Shown here: piece after piece, positions 31,040 to 41,264 of the stretch
How positions within the stretch are numbered: the stretch's first letter is position 1
Layout: the number at the start of each line of letters is the position of its first letter
Assembly: GCA_963842525.1 (NCBI GenBank)
Contig: CAWJGT010000011.1
Coordinates: forward strand, 160,001-224,000
Length of the DNA stretch: 64,000 nucleotides
Direction of reading: 5' to 3'
From: an uncultured Holophagales bacterium
GTDB taxonomy: Bacteria; Acidobacteriota; Thermoanaerobaculia; Multivoradales; UBA5704
Position numbers and translations under genes: made by a program
The notes under the pieces: generated by a model
The model's input: the letters and a program-made list of their open reading frames with translations, nothing else
What the model was told of the DNA's origin: nothing
Database searches by the model: none

Positions 31040-33346
31040 ATGAAAAAAGTCAGCCCGGAGGACGCCCTCGAATACCACGCCCGCGGACGCAGGGGGAAGA
31101 TCCAGGTCGTGCCCACCAAGCCGACCTCCACTCAGTGGGACCTGTCCCTCGCCTACAGCCCCGGCGTCGCCTACCCCTGCAAGGAGATCGAGAGAGACCC
31201 GCTGCTCGCCTACCGCTATACCGCCAAGGGCAACCTGGTTGCCGTGATCAGCAACGGCACCGCCGTCCTCGGCCTGGGCAATATCGGTGCCCTGGCCGGC
31301 AAACCGGTCATGGAGGGCAAGGCGGTCCTCTTCAAGCGCTTCGCCGACATCGACGTCTTCGACATCGAGGTGGCCACCGAGGACACCGAGGAATTCATCC
31401 GCACCGTCAGGCTCCTCGAGCCGACCTTCGGCGGCATCAACCTGGAGGACATCCGCGCCCCCCAGTGCTTCGAGATCGAGCGCCGTCTCAAGGCGGAGAT
31501 GAGCATCCCGGTCTTCCACGACGACCAGCACGGCACGGCGATCATCTCGGGCGCGGCCCTGCTCAACGCCCTGGAGCTGGCCGGCAAGAAGATCGACGAG
31601 GTGCGGATCGTCTTCTCCGGCGCCGGCGCGGCGGCCCTCTCCTGCGCCAAGCTCTACATGATGCTCGGAGCGCGGCCGGAGAACCTCCTCGTCTGCGACA
31701 GCAAGGGCGTCATCTACCGCGGGCGGACCGAGGCCATGGACCCCTACAAGGAGGAGTTCGCCGTCGAGACCGACCTGCGCACCCTGGCCGAGGCCCTGGT
31801 GGACGCAGACGTCTTCATCGGCCTCTCCGTCGGCGGCGTCGTCACCCCGGAGATGATCCGTCCCATGGCGCGCGACCCGATCCTCTTCGCCATGGCCAAC
31901 CCCGATCCCGAGATCGGCTACGACGACGCCAAGGCCGCCCGGCCGGACGCCATCGTCGCCACCGGCCGCAGCGACTACCCGAACCAGGTCAACAACGTGC
32001 TCGGCTTCCCCTTCATCTTCCGCGGCGCCCTCGACGTGCGCGCCACCGACATCAACGACGCCATGAAGCTGGCGGCCGTGCGCGCCCTGGCCGAGCTGGC
32101 CCGCGAGGACGTGCCCGACGGCGTGCTCAAGGCCTACGGCGTGACCTCCCTGCGCTTCGACCGCGAGTACCTGATCCCCAAGCCGTTCGACTACCGCGTC
32201 CTGCTGCGCGTGCCGCCGGCGGTGGCGAAAGCGGCCATGGAGAGCGGCGTGGCGCGCGAGCCGATCCAGGACTTCGACGCCTACCGCCGGCGGCTCGAGA
32301 CCCTGATCTCCCGCCGCCTGGAGGTCATGCGGGGCGTCCTCGACCGCGCCCGGAGCGATCCCAAGCGGGTGGTTTTCCCTGAGGGAGAGCACGACAAGAT
32401 CCTGCGCGCGGCCAAGCTCCTGGTCGAGGAGGGGATCGCCCACCCGATCCTCCTCGCCCGGCGCGAGGTGATCGCGCCGCGGCTGCGCGAGCTCGACCTC
32501 CCCGAGTCGCGGGTCACCATCCTCCACAATGAGAGCTCGGACAAGTTCGAGGAGTACGCCCGGCGCTTCCATGAAAAACGGCACCGCGACGGGGTCACCC
32601 TGGAGGAGGCCCGCAAGCGGATGCGCACCCGCAACTACTTCGGCAGCATGATGGTCGAGGCCGGGGACGCCGACGGCCTGATCTCGGGGCTCACCCAGTC
32701 CTACCCCGACACCATCCGGCCGGCCCTGCAGATCATCGACACCCGGCCCGGGGTGCGGCGGGTCTCCGGCGCCTACATCCTGGTCCTTGCGGACCGCGTC
32801 TTCTTCCTCGCCGACACCACGGTCAACATCGATCCGACGCCGGAGGAGCTGGCCGAGATCGCCCTCCTCACCGTCGCCCTGGCGCGCCGCTTCGGCGTGG
32901 TGCCGCGGGTGGCGATGCTCTCCTTCTCCAACTTCGGGTCCAACAAGCACCCGGCGGCGCGCAAGGTGCGGAAGGCCGTGGAGATCGTCAGCCGGCTCGA
33001 TCCGGACCTCGAGGTGGACGGCGAGATGCAGGCGGACACGGCGGTCTTCGAGGACATCCTCAAGGAGAGCTACCCCTGGAGCCGCCTGCGGGAGCCGGCC
33101 AACATCCTCATTTTCCCCGAGCTGCAGTCGGCCAACATCGCCTACAAGCTGATCTGGCGGCTGGCCAACGCCGAGGCCATCGGGCCGATCCTGCTCGGCA
33201 TGGCCAAGCCGGTGCACGTCCTCCAGAACGGGCTCGAGGTGAGCGACGTCGTCAACATGGCGGCCCTCTGCGTGGTGGACGCCCAGGAGCGGGAACAGGG
33301 CGGCAACGAGAAGAAACCGTGGAAAGATGGGGGCGGATCGGAGTAG
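31040..33346 (+). CDS. maeB: NADP-dependent malic enzyme with PTA-like C-terminal domain
   Basis: ALEYH...[46 protein letters not shown]. The true start is MKKVS, not 30248. Confidence 0.95.
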   Translation: MKKVSPEDALEYHARGRRGKIQVVPTKPTSTQWDLSLAYSPGVAYPCKEIERDPLLAYRYTAKGNLVAVISNGTAVLGLGNIGALAGKPVMEGKAVLFKRFADIDVFDIEVATEDTEEFIRTVRLLEPTFGGINLEDIRAPQCFEIERRLKAEMSIPVFHDDQHGTAIISGAALLNALELAGKKIDEVRIVFSGAGAAALSCAKLYMMLGARPENLLVCDSKGVIYRGRTEAMDPYKEEFAVETDLRTLAEALVDADVFIGLSVGGVVTPEMIRPMARDPILFAMANPDPEIGYDDAKAARPDAIVATGRSDYPNQVNNVLGFPFIFRGALDVRATDINDAMKLAAVRALAELAREDVPDGVLKAYGVTSLRFDREYLIPKPFDYRVLLRVPPAVAKAAMESGVAREPIQDFDAYRRRLETLISRRLEVMRGVLDRARSDPKRVVFPEGEHDKILRAAKLLVEEGIAHPILLARREVIAPRLRELDLPESRVTILHNESSDKFEEYARRFHEKRHRDGVTLEEARKRMRTRNYFGSMMVEAGDADGLISGLTQSYPDTIRPALQIIDTRPGVRRVSGAYILVLADRVFFLADTTVNIDPTPEELAEIALLTVALARRFGVVPRVAMLSFSNFGSNKHPAARKVRKAVEIVSRLDPDLEVDGEMQADTAVFEDILKESYPWSRLREPANILIFPELQSANIAYKLIWRLANAEAIGPILLGMAKPVHVLQNGLEVSDVVNMAALCVVDAQEREQGGNEKKPWKDGGGSE

Positions 33347-33406
33347 AATCGAGGGGAATCGAACGAGTCCTACGTTCAGGAGAGGACAACTCAGGAGGTT
33401 TTCACC

Positions 33407-34033
33407 ATGAAGCGCGTCATCACTCTGTCTCTGTGTGCAGCTCTGCTGCTGACCGTCACCTTCCCCCTGGTAGCCGGCGCCGCCGCATCCGACAAGCCGC
33501 GCGTCGCGGTGCTCGAGTTCAAGAACAAGGCGGACAACCAGTACTGGTGGCACGGCGGCGCCGAGGCGATGCAGGACGTGTTCGTCACCGAGCTGTTCAA
33601 GAGCGGCAAGTTCCGGGTCGTCGAGCGCGAGCAGCTCGCCGCCCTGATGCAGGAGAAGAACCTGACCCTGTCCGGCGACCTCGATCCCGCCACGGCCGTG
33701 CGGATCGGCAAGATCCTGGGCGTCAACTACCTCCTGACCGGCTCGGTCACCGAGTACGGCGTCACCGACAAGGGCGGACACGGCCGGGGCATCGGAAAGC
33801 TGCCCGGCTTCTCGGCCGGCAAGCGCAGCTTCGTGGCGGCGGTCAACTCCCGCCTCATCGACACCAGCACGGGCGAGATCGTCTGGGCCGACGAAGCGCG
33901 CGCCGAAGAGAGCAGCGTCAAGGTCAGCGTCGGCGGCTTCGGCGGCGGCGTCGAGGACCAGCGGATGTTCGACAAGGTCATGAAGCCCTGCATCCAGCAG
34001 CTCGTCGCCAGCATCAAGGCGGCCGACCTGTAA
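33407..34033 (+). CDS. CsgG/HfaB-family exported protein
   Basis: Signal peptide, RVAVLEF, FRVVER, GKILGVNYLLTGSVTE. Confidence 0.85.
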   Translation: MKRVITLSLCAALLLTVTFPLVAGAAASDKPRVAVLEFKNKADNQYWWHGGAEAMQDVFVTELFKSGKFRVVEREQLAALMQEKNLTLSGDLDPATAVRIGKILGVNYLLTGSVTEYGVTDKGGHGRGIGKLPGFSAGKRSFVAAVNSRLIDTSTGEIVWADEARAEESSVKVSVGGFGGGVEDQRMFDKVMKPCIQQLVASIKAADL

Positions 34034-34059
34034 TCTCCGCTCCGGTTCGGCTTGAACGC

Positions 34060-34087
34060 AAAGGACCCGGCGTACGCCGGGTCCTTT
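34060..34087. terminator. Bidirectional intrinsic terminator
   Basis: AAAGGACCCGGCG-TA-CGCCGGGTCCTTT between convergent genes. Confidence 0.8.
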
Positions 34088-34118
34088 CGTCTTGGGTGTG
34101 CTGCGGGCGAGGCTCTCG

Positions 34119-34271
34119 TCAGCGGGCGGCCTGCGAGTCGTCGTGGAGCCTCTCCCGGATGACCTTCTCCTTGACTGTGGCGAGCTTCCGCCTCCGGGGT
34201 AGTGGATTCTCCTCCTCGACCGCTTCGATCAGCTCCTCCAACAGCTCGAAGACTCTTCGCATCGTAGGCAT
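34119..34271 (-). CDS. Small hypothetical protein (50 aa)
   Basis: RBS GGAGGG, amphipathic helix, converging on the terminator. Confidence 0.45.
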   Translation of the reverse strand: MPTMRRVFELLEELIEAVEEENPLPRRRKLATVKEKVIRERLHDDSQAAR

Positions 34272-34452
34272 ACATCCCTCCTGCAGGCTCGATCCGTGGG
34301 ACCGAAATCCGTAGAAGACTGCTTGGGGGGAATTCTTTTCTACCAAGGGAGGGTCGGCTCCGTTCGCCGCCCTCCGGCGCCTTTAAGAGCAAGACGCCTG
34401 CCAGCCGCCGGATGAAGGTTTGCCATCCGGCAACGGTACAATGCGCCGGGGT

Positions 34453-34881
34453 ATGGACGCCTTGCGCTCTCTGGGGATCGACTTCGGCGAGAAACGGATC
34501 GGGCTGGCGATCTCCGACCCGGACGGCAGGATCGCCGTGCCGCTGCGCACGCTCGCGCGCCGCGACGACCTCTCGGCGGTGCGCGAGATCGCCGGCATCA
34601 CGGAGCGCGAGGGAGTCGGGCGCCTGGTCCTCGGCGAGCCGGTCGGCCTCGACGGGACGCGAGGTCCCGCCGCCGAGCGCGCCCGCCGCTTCGGCGAGAA
34701 GCTCGCCCGCCAGACCGGGCTCCCCCTGGAGCTGGTCAACGAATCGCTGACCAGCGTCGAGGCGGCCGAGCGCCTGCGCGCGGCCGGCATCGACCCGCGG
34801 CGGAGCCCAGGACGGCTCGACGCGGTGGCGGCCCAGATCCTGCTCCAGGAGGCGCTCGACCGCAGGAGTGCGGCGGAGTAG
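34453..34881 (+). CDS. ruvX: YqgF/RuvX pre-16S rRNA nuclease
   Basis: LGIDFGEKRIGLAISD, NESLTS, DAVAAQILLQ. Confidence 0.92.
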   Translation: MDALRSLGIDFGEKRIGLAISDPDGRIAVPLRTLARRDDLSAVREIAGITEREGVGRLVLGEPVGLDGTRGPAAERARRFGEKLARQTGLPLELVNESLTSVEAAERLRAAGIDPRRSPGRLDAVAAQILLQEALDRRSAAE

Positions 34882-34895
34882 CGGCGGAGATTTCA

Positions 34896-36017
34896 GTGGC
34901 ACGAGGCAAGACGCAACCACGGCGGAAGGGCAAGGAGAGGGGGACCTTACGGCGGGTCCTCCTGGGGCTCCTCGTGCTCGCCATCCTGCTCATGATCCCG
35001 GCCAGCATGGCAGCCTGGCAGTGGTGGAAGATGCAGCGCCCCTTCCAGGGCTACGAGGGGACCGAGAAGATCGTCGCCATCGAGCCCGGCATGGCCGCAA
35101 CCCAGATCCTCGCCCTGCTCGAGCGGGAGGGGATCGTCGCCGATGCCAAATTGGCACGCTTCTATCTCGTCTACTTCCTGGGCGATCCGCCCATGAAGGC
35201 CGGCGAGTACCGCTTCCGCGGGCCCACCCGCCTGCCCGACGTGCTGGGCAAGCTGGTCCGCGGCGAGGTCGTCACCGATTCAGTCACCCTGGTCGAGGGG
35301 CTGACGCTCGAAGAGACGGCCGACCGCCTGGTCGCCGCGAAGCTCGGTCGCCGCGAGGTCTTCCTCGACCTCATGCGCTCCCCCGAGCTGATCGCCGACT
35401 TCGATCCGGAGGCCCCCGACCTGGAGGGCTATCTCTTCCCCGAGACCTACAGCTTCGCCCGCCACACCGGCGAGCGGACGGTCGTGGCGAAGCTGGTCTC
35501 GACCTTCCGCGAGCGCTTCGACCGCCAGGTCCGGCCGCTGATGACGGACCAGACCGTCCGCCGGGTGGTTACCCTGGCAAGCATCGTGGAGAAAGAGGCC
35601 CGGATCGCCCAGGAGCGCCCGCTGATCGCCGGGGTCTACGCGAACCGGCTGCAGCGCGGGATCGGCCTCGGCGCAGATCCGACCGTCATCTATGCGATGA
35701 AACGCCTCGGCCTGTGGAACGGCAACATCCGGCGCTCCGACCTGCGGCTCGACTCGCCGTACAACACCTACCGCTATGCGGGGCTGCCGCCGGGGCCGAT
35801 CTGCTCCCCCGGCCTGGCGAGCCTGGAGGCCGCCGCGGCCCCTTCCGACATCCCCTACCTCTATTTCGTCAGCCGCAACGACGGAACCCACGTCTTCGCG
35901 TCCACGCTGGCGGAGCACAACCGCAACGTCCAGCTCTGGCAGCGCACCTACTGGCGCGAGCGGCGGGCCCGCGAGCGCCAGGAGCGCGCAGGGTCTGCGG
36001 CCCCGCGCCGGCAGTAG
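34896..36017 (+). CDS. mltG: Endolytic transglycosylase MltG
   Basis: LEGYLFPETY, LASIVEKE, SPYNTY..GLPPGPI, YLYFV. Confidence 0.95.
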   Translation: MARGKTQPRRKGKERGTLRRVLLGLLVLAILLMIPASMAAWQWWKMQRPFQGYEGTEKIVAIEPGMAATQILALLEREGIVADAKLARFYLVYFLGDPPMKAGEYRFRGPTRLPDVLGKLVRGEVVTDSVTLVEGLTLEETADRLVAAKLGRREVFLDLMRSPELIADFDPEAPDLEGYLFPETYSFARHTGERTVVAKLVSTFRERFDRQVRPLMTDQTVRRVVTLASIVEKEARIAQERPLIAGVYANRLQRGIGLGADPTVIYAMKRLGLWNGNIRRSDLRLDSPYNTYRYAGLPPGPICSPGLASLEAAAAPSDIPYLYFVSRNDGTHVFASTLAEHNRNVQLWQRTYWRERRARERQERAGSAAPRRQ

Positions 36018-36194
36018 GACCTTCACCCTCTGTCACCGCGGGATCGCGGCAAATCGTGTCCTCTTCATTGACAGTTGTCGATTCGTAGTGTATCAAGGTC
36101 CCCAAGCACGTAGTACGCAGCAACCAGTAACGCGCCGCCCCACCCTCGTCAGGAGTCGCTGTAGGCGGCGCGCCGGCCCAGGAGGAGCCCGTCT

Positions 36195-38150
36195 ATGAAC
36201 ATCCCGGAAGAGTTTGGGAAGTATCTTCTTCTCAAGAAGCTGACCGAAGACCCGCTCGGCGAGATCTTCCGCGCCGGAAGAGTCGGTACCGACGGCATCG
36301 AGCAAGTGGTCCTGTTGCGCGTCTTCAACGGCAAGGGGATGGACGGGGAAAAACTCTGGCAGCAGGTGTCCGGCCGCGCCGCAATCCAGCAGGCCCTGCG
36401 CAGCCCCAACATCGGTACCGGCGTCGACCTGGGACGGGTCCGCAGCTACCCCTACGCCGCGTACGACTACATCTCGGGCAAGAACCTCGCGACCCTGTTC
36501 GCGCAGGCCGCCCGGCAGCTCTCGCCGATCCCGACCGACCACGCGCTGCTCATCTCCGAGCGCATCTCCCTCGCCCTGGCCGCAGCCTACGAATCGCGCG
36601 TCCAGGACCAGCGGATCCAGCACGGGTTCGTGACGCCGCACCTGATCATGATCTCGAACGAGGGCGAGACCCGGCTGCTCGGCTTCGAGGTCGCCCCGGG
36701 CTTGCGCGCCCTCGGCGCGGCGGGCTGGAGCGACCCGGACATCCAGCCCTACCTGGCGCCCGAGGCCTTCGAGAACGCGGCGCCCGGCAAGTCGGACGAC
36801 GTCTACTCCCTCGGCGCCATCCTCTTCGAGCTGCTCACCGGCGAGCGGCTTCCCGCCGCTCCGGCGGAGGGCTACGGCGCACTGATCGACCGCGCCGTCC
36901 TGGCCAACGAGGGGACGCCCCTGCCGCCCGCCATCGTGGCCCTGCTCAAGAAGAGCCTGGTGGCGCGCGATCAGCGCATCGCGGACGTGGTCACCTGGCA
37001 CAAGACGCTGTCGAAGCTCATGATCGACGGCCACTACAGCCCGACGACCTTCAACCTCGCCTTCTTCATGCACAACCTCTTCCGCGACGAGATCGAGCGG
37101 GAGAGCCAGGAGCTCCAGGCCGAGAAGAAGCTGGAGCTGCCGCACCGGCCGGCGGTTGCCGTCGCCGCTCCGGCCGCGGCACCCGTGGCCGCCGACATGC
37201 GGGAGAAGACGGGCATCCGCGAGGCCACCCTGCCCGGCACCCGGGTCGCCGCCGCCCAGGCGGCGCCGTCCTCGAAGATGCCGCTCTTCATCGGCCTGGC
37301 CGCGGCGCTCCTGATCGGGGCGGGCGTGGGAGCCTGGCTCCTCTACGGTCGTACCGGCGCCGACCCGGCCGCGCAGCAGGCCGCCGGCCCGGCAGCCGTG
37401 CCGATGACGCAGCCCGCGGCCCTGCCGCTCAACCCGCAGCAGCAGGCGCCTGCCGTCCCGGCCGGGCCCACCCAGGAGGAGATCAAGGCGCAGATCCAGA
37501 GCATGATCGCCGAACAGGGCAAGGCCCTCGAGGACAAGTACAAGGCGCAGTACGACGATCGCCTCAAGCAGCTCCAGAAGCAGCTCGAGGAGAAGCAGCG
37601 CCTGGACGAGCAGTCGAGGTCACGGCCAACTGTCCCGACGCCCGAGGTCGACGAGCCCACCCCGGCTCCTATCGAGACCCGAACCGCCGCCAAGCCGGTC
37701 GATCCTCCGGCCCCCACACCGGCGCCGGTCCAGGCCCCGGCGCCCACCGTCGAGAAGGAGCAGAAGCCGGTCGTTCCGGCCGCCTCCAACCCGGCGGCCT
37801 CGGCCCCGCCCTCGGCGGCGCCCACCCGCAAACAGGTCGAGTACGGCGATCTCGTCCCAGCCGGCGAGCCGGGGATCACCTCGCCGAAGCTCAAGGGCCG
37901 GCTCGAGCCGCGCTACCCCCCGGCCGCCCAGCAGATGAACAAGTCGGCCAGCGTCGACGTCAAGGTGCTGGTCGACGAGAAGGGGCGCGTCCTCGAAGCT
38001 GAACGGATCGGTGCCAAGGCCGGCTTCGGCTTCGACGAGTCGGCCCTGGAGGCCGCGCGCCGCGCCACCTTTCAGCCCGCCACGACGAGGGACGGCGTGC
38101 GGGTCAAGATGTGGTACACCGTGCGGGTCGCCTTCCAGCCCGGCAGGTAG
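36195..38150 (+). CDS. Ser/Thr kinase-fold (pseudokinase) - TM - TonB C-terminal domain fusion
   Basis: FGKYLLLKKL...DVYSLGAILFELLTG kinase fold, one TM, Pro-rich linker, PRYP...VLVDEKGRV...GFGFDESA TonB_C. Confidence 0.85.
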   Translation: MNIPEEFGKYLLLKKLTEDPLGEIFRAGRVGTDGIEQVVLLRVFNGKGMDGEKLWQQVSGRAAIQQALRSPNIGTGVDLGRVRSYPYAAYDYISGKNLATLFAQAARQLSPIPTDHALLISERISLALAAAYESRVQDQRIQHGFVTPHLIMISNEGETRLLGFEVAPGLRALGAAGWSDPDIQPYLAPEAFENAAPGKSDDVYSLGAILFELLTGERLPAAPAEGYGALIDRAVLANEGTPLPPAIVALLKKSLVARDQRIADVVTWHKTLSKLMIDGHYSPTTFNLAFFMHNLFRDEIERESQELQAEKKLELPHRPAVAVAAPAAAPVAADMREKTGIREATLPGTRVAAAQAAPSSKMPLFIGLAAALLIGAGVGAWLLYGRTGADPAAQQAAGPAAVPMTQPAALPLNPQQQAPAVPAGPTQEEIKAQIQSMIAEQGKALEDKYKAQYDDRLKQLQKQLEEKQRLDEQSRSRPTVPTPEVDEPTPAPIETRTAAKPVDPPAPTPAPVQAPAPTVEKEQKPVVPAASNPAASAPPSAAPTRKQVEYGDLVPAGEPGITSPKLKGRLEPRYPPAAQQMNKSASVDVKVLVDEKGRVLEAERIGAKAGFGFDESALEAARRATFQPATTRDGVRVKMWYTVRVAFQPGR

Positions 38151-38191
38151 TCGATCGAGGGGGGCGGACTCCCGTCCCCCTCTCCCCCGCC

Positions 38192-38620
38192 TCAAGAAAC
38201 CACGAAGCTGGCGGTGCCGCGGTACGTCTTCACCGCATAGGTCTGCACCGGCCCCGGATCGGTGGGATGGCCGACCAGGCTCCCTGCCACCGTGTGGAAC
38301 ACGACCGGCGTGCGGAACCGCGCCGCCCTGTGGTCCTTGAGCAGGACCTCCGGCAGGATGACCGTCAGCAGGTCCGTGGGGCCGTCCGCCACGAAGCGCA
38401 GGGTGACGGTGACGAGGCTGCCCAGAGCGGTCGCTTCGATCCGCACCTCGTCACCGCGGAACGTCCGCTGCTCTTCGCCGTCGTCGTAGCCGAGCTGCGG
38501 CTGGCCGCCTTTGTCGGACACGGTGTAGGTGATGCGGGTGCGGCCGCGGCGGAGCTCGAAATGGTTCGCGGGCTCCAGGGCCGTGGCGACGGCTCGTGCG
38601 GCTTTGGCTGGCCTGGCCAT
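38192..38620 (-). CDS. Hypothetical protein
   Basis: RBS GGAGG before MARPAK, with a compact beta-rich domain. Confidence 0.6.
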   Translation of the reverse strand: MARPAKAARAVATALEPANHFELRRGRTRITYTVSDKGGQPQLGYDDGEEQRTFRGDEVRIEATALGSLVTVTLRFVADGPTDLLTVILPEVLLKDHRAARFRTPVVFHTVAGSLVGHPTDPGPVQTYAVKTYRGTASFVVS

Positions 38621-38756
38621 GTCTTCCTCCTTTGGCGCTCCTTTGTCGAGCGTTTTCGATTTATCTTTCATTGTACGCCGCTCCGGCCGCTTCCGGATGA
38701 AGATCAGGCTGCCGGCCTGATTCTTGCGACAACCACCGGGCGAAGGAGGAGCCGCC

Positions 38757-38960
38757 ATGCACGAGATCCGACGCGCCGAGGGCCGCATGCCCGACCCCCG
38801 GGAAGAGCGCGACCCCCGCGAGCCTGTGCAGGAACCGCCGGTCGACGAGCCCGAAGGGCCGGTCCCCGACGAGCCGATCGACGAGCCCGAGGACAATCCG
38901 GCCGAGGGCGAGCCGGACCGCCGCGATCCGCAGCCGCCCGAGCCGGCCTGGCAGGTATAA
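38757..38960 (+). CDS. Small acidic Pro-rich protein
   Basis: RBS AAGGAGGA, EPP/DEP repeats. Confidence 0.55.
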   Translation: MHEIRRAEGRMPDPREERDPREPVQEPPVDEPEGPVPDEPIDEPEDNPAEGEPDRRDPQPPEPAWQV

Positions 38961-38970
38961 AGTACCCCCC

Positions 38971-39819
38971 ATGCTCCGCCGCCAGCGCACCGGCTCCGTC
39001 CTCTGCCCCTCGTGCGGCAAGCTCGTCGGGGTGGCGGACGAGCAGTGCCTCTACTGCGGCCGGCGCAACCCCGGGATGTGGGGGCTGTCGTCCGTCCTCG
39101 CCCGCCTCGGCAAGGACATGGGGTTCGTCGAGACGGTGATGGGCGGCTGCGGCATCCTCTACATCGCGATGCTCGCGGTCGGAGGGATGCAGACCGGCGG
39201 CGGACTCTTCTCGCTCGGGTCCCCCAACGGCGAGGCGCTGATCCGGTTCGGCGCCAGCGGCGCCATCCCGGTCTTCGACCTTGGCCGGTGGTGGACGGTG
39301 CTCTCCGCCGGCTGGCTCCATGGCAGCCTGCTGCACATCGGCTTCAACCTCTATTGGATCCGCTTCCTCGCTCCGGAGGTCGCCGAGCTCTACGGTCCCA
39401 GCCGGATGGTCATCGTCTACACGATCTCGTCGGCCATCGGCTTCCTCCTGAGCAGCGCCGCCGGTGCCTACATCGGCGGCTTTCTCGGAGGAGCTCAGAT
39501 CACCGTGGGAGCCTCGGCGCCCATCCTCGGCCTGTTGGGGGCGCTCGTTTATTACGGCCGGCGCACGGGCAGCCGCCACGTCGGGGCACAGGCGTGGAGC
39601 TACGCCCTGTTCATGATCGTCTTCGGCTTCCTCATGCCGCGGGTGGACAACTGGGCCCACATCGGCGGCTTCGCAGGCGGCTACCTGGCCGGCCTGCTCC
39701 TCGACCCCGCCAGACCGGAGCGCGGCAACGACATCGCCGGAGCAATCCTCTGCCTGGCGCTGACCGCGGCGGCGATCGTGGCGTCGCTGGTGGACACCCG
39801 TTTTTATTCGTTCCTCTGA
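38971..39819 (+). CDS. Rhomboid intramembrane serine protease with N-terminal Zn ribbon
   Basis: H....H...N, GASA, AHIGG motifs. Confidence 0.92.
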   Translation: MLRRQRTGSVLCPSCGKLVGVADEQCLYCGRRNPGMWGLSSVLARLGKDMGFVETVMGGCGILYIAMLAVGGMQTGGGLFSLGSPNGEALIRFGASGAIPVFDLGRWWTVLSAGWLHGSLLHIGFNLYWIRFLAPEVAELYGPSRMVIVYTISSAIGFLLSSAAGAYIGGFLGGAQITVGASAPILGLLGALVYYGRRTGSRHVGAQAWSYALFMIVFGFLMPRVDNWAHIGGFAGGYLAGLLLDPARPERGNDIAGAILCLALTAAAIVASLVDTRFYSFL

Positions 39820-40460
39820 CCTGGAATCAGGCCCAGGTCCTTGGCGCGGCGGCGGACCTGCCAGGCCTCGCGGGTCTCCTGGTGGCTGAACCGCTCCTCC
39901 TCCCAGGGGTCGCCGTAGGTGTGATAGCCGTTCTCCTCCCAGAAGCCCCGCTGGTCCTCGGACAACAGCTCGATCCCGTTCACCCATTTGGCGCTCTTCC
40001 AGGCATAGAGGTGCGGCACCACCAGGCGCACCGGGCCGCCGTGGTCGACCGGCAGCGGCATGCCCTTGTGCCGGTCCGCCAGCAGGGCGTGCTCGGAGAG
40101 GAAGTCCTCCAGAGGCAGGTTCGTGGTGTAACCGCCATAGCAGTGCACCATCACATGCGATGCTTCGGGGTCCACCCGGACATGGCGCAGCACCTCGCGG
40201 GTCGCCACCCCCTCCCAGGGATTGTCCAGGGTCGAGAACCGGGTCACGCAGTGGAAGTCGGCCGTGATCCCCACCCGCGGCAGCGCCTGGAACCGCTCCC
40301 AAGGAAAGACGGCCTCCTCCTCGACCAGCCCGAACACCCGGAGCTCCCAGTCCTCGGGCCGGATGCTCGGCGTCGAGCCATAGGTGAGGACCGGCCACTT
40401 GTCCGTCACATACTGACCGGCAGGGACGCGAGCATCGCCGGTGCGAATCGAGTCGTCCAT
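39804..40460 (-). CDS. Sulfite oxidase-like molybdopterin oxidoreductase
   Basis: PAGQ...WPVL, DFHCVT, HGGPVRLVVPHLYAWKSAKW, GFWE..GYH. Confidence 0.9.
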   Translation of the reverse strand: MDDSIRTGDARVPAGQYVTDKWPVLTYGSTPSIRPEDWELRVFGLVEEEAVFPWERFQALPRVGITADFHCVTRFSTLDNPWEGVATREVLRHVRVDPEASHVMVHCYGGYTTNLPLEDFLSEHALLADRHKGMPLPVDHGGPVRLVVPHLYAWKSAKWVNGIELLSEDQRGFWEENGYHTYGDPWEEERFSHQETREAWQVRRRAKDLGLIPGQRNE

Positions 40461-40655
40461 GAGAGAAATCCTAGCTGATTTTCGCGGAAACCGGGCGCTA
40501 GATTTGGAAGGCCAACGACTGCCCTGGACTACGCCCGGCAGACCCTCGGGATCGATCGCATTCTCCTCAGCAAGCAGCTCCGTGCGACGAAGGGCAACAT
40601 CTTCCTGCAGCACCTGAGCTCACTGATCAATGTAGGAAAGGGCGGGCAGGGCGCC

Positions 40656-40949
40656 ATGCCCGAGATCCTGGGAGCCTACCTGCAACGGATCGATTGGAAC
40701 AGGGCAGGTCTACCGTCGCGGATGTTCCCCCTGACCCGCGATGACCTCCATGCGCCCAGGCTACTCACGATCGATCCGAAGATCGCGTTTGGGCGCCGCA
40801 TCGTCGAACGGAAGGCCATCAAGACCTCAGTGATCGCCGAGCGCTTCAAGGCCGGAGAATCGATCTCTGAGATTGCCGAGGACTACGATCTCGAGGCGTT
40901 CGAGGTTGAAGAGGCCATCCGGTACGAAGCCCTCCCCACCGCTGCCTGA
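40656..40949 (+). pseudogene. DUF433 antitoxin, C-terminal part only
   Basis: IDPKIAFGR...IAERFKAGESISEIAEDY. The N-terminus is eroded. Confidence 0.65.
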
Positions 40950-41225
40950 GCCGACCTTTTTCACAGACAGGGACCTCGGGAAAACAGTCCCCCGAATCCT
41001 GCGCGAGAACGGGTTGCTGAGGCGTGGAGCTCTCCAGAGCGGGGTGCTCCACCCGAGGCACACATCCACCTGACCTTTGCGCGATGGCGCATCGGAAAGG
41101 GGTAGGCGTCGCGAGACGACGAACCCACTTGACGAGCGGCTTACCTGAGGATCTGCGGACGAGGAGAGTTGAGTGCGGTCGGGCCCCCAAAGAATCCCCA
41201 TCCATCGCTGGCGTGGAACTGGCTG
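40943..41225 (+). pseudogene. VapC45/PIN-like toxin remnant, frameshifted and truncated by the REP/IS
   Basis: PEPTFFTDRDLGKTVPRILRENG, then broken frames. Confidence 0.6.
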
Positions 41226-41264
41226 ACCACCCGGCCCAACGGGCCGGCAGAACGGAGCCCAGGG

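Noticed and set aside
39804-40460. Selenoprotein linked to the nearby tRNA-Sec
   Set aside because: The Mo-ligand codon is Cys (DFHC), and I noticed no in-frame TGA/SECIS in this gene.
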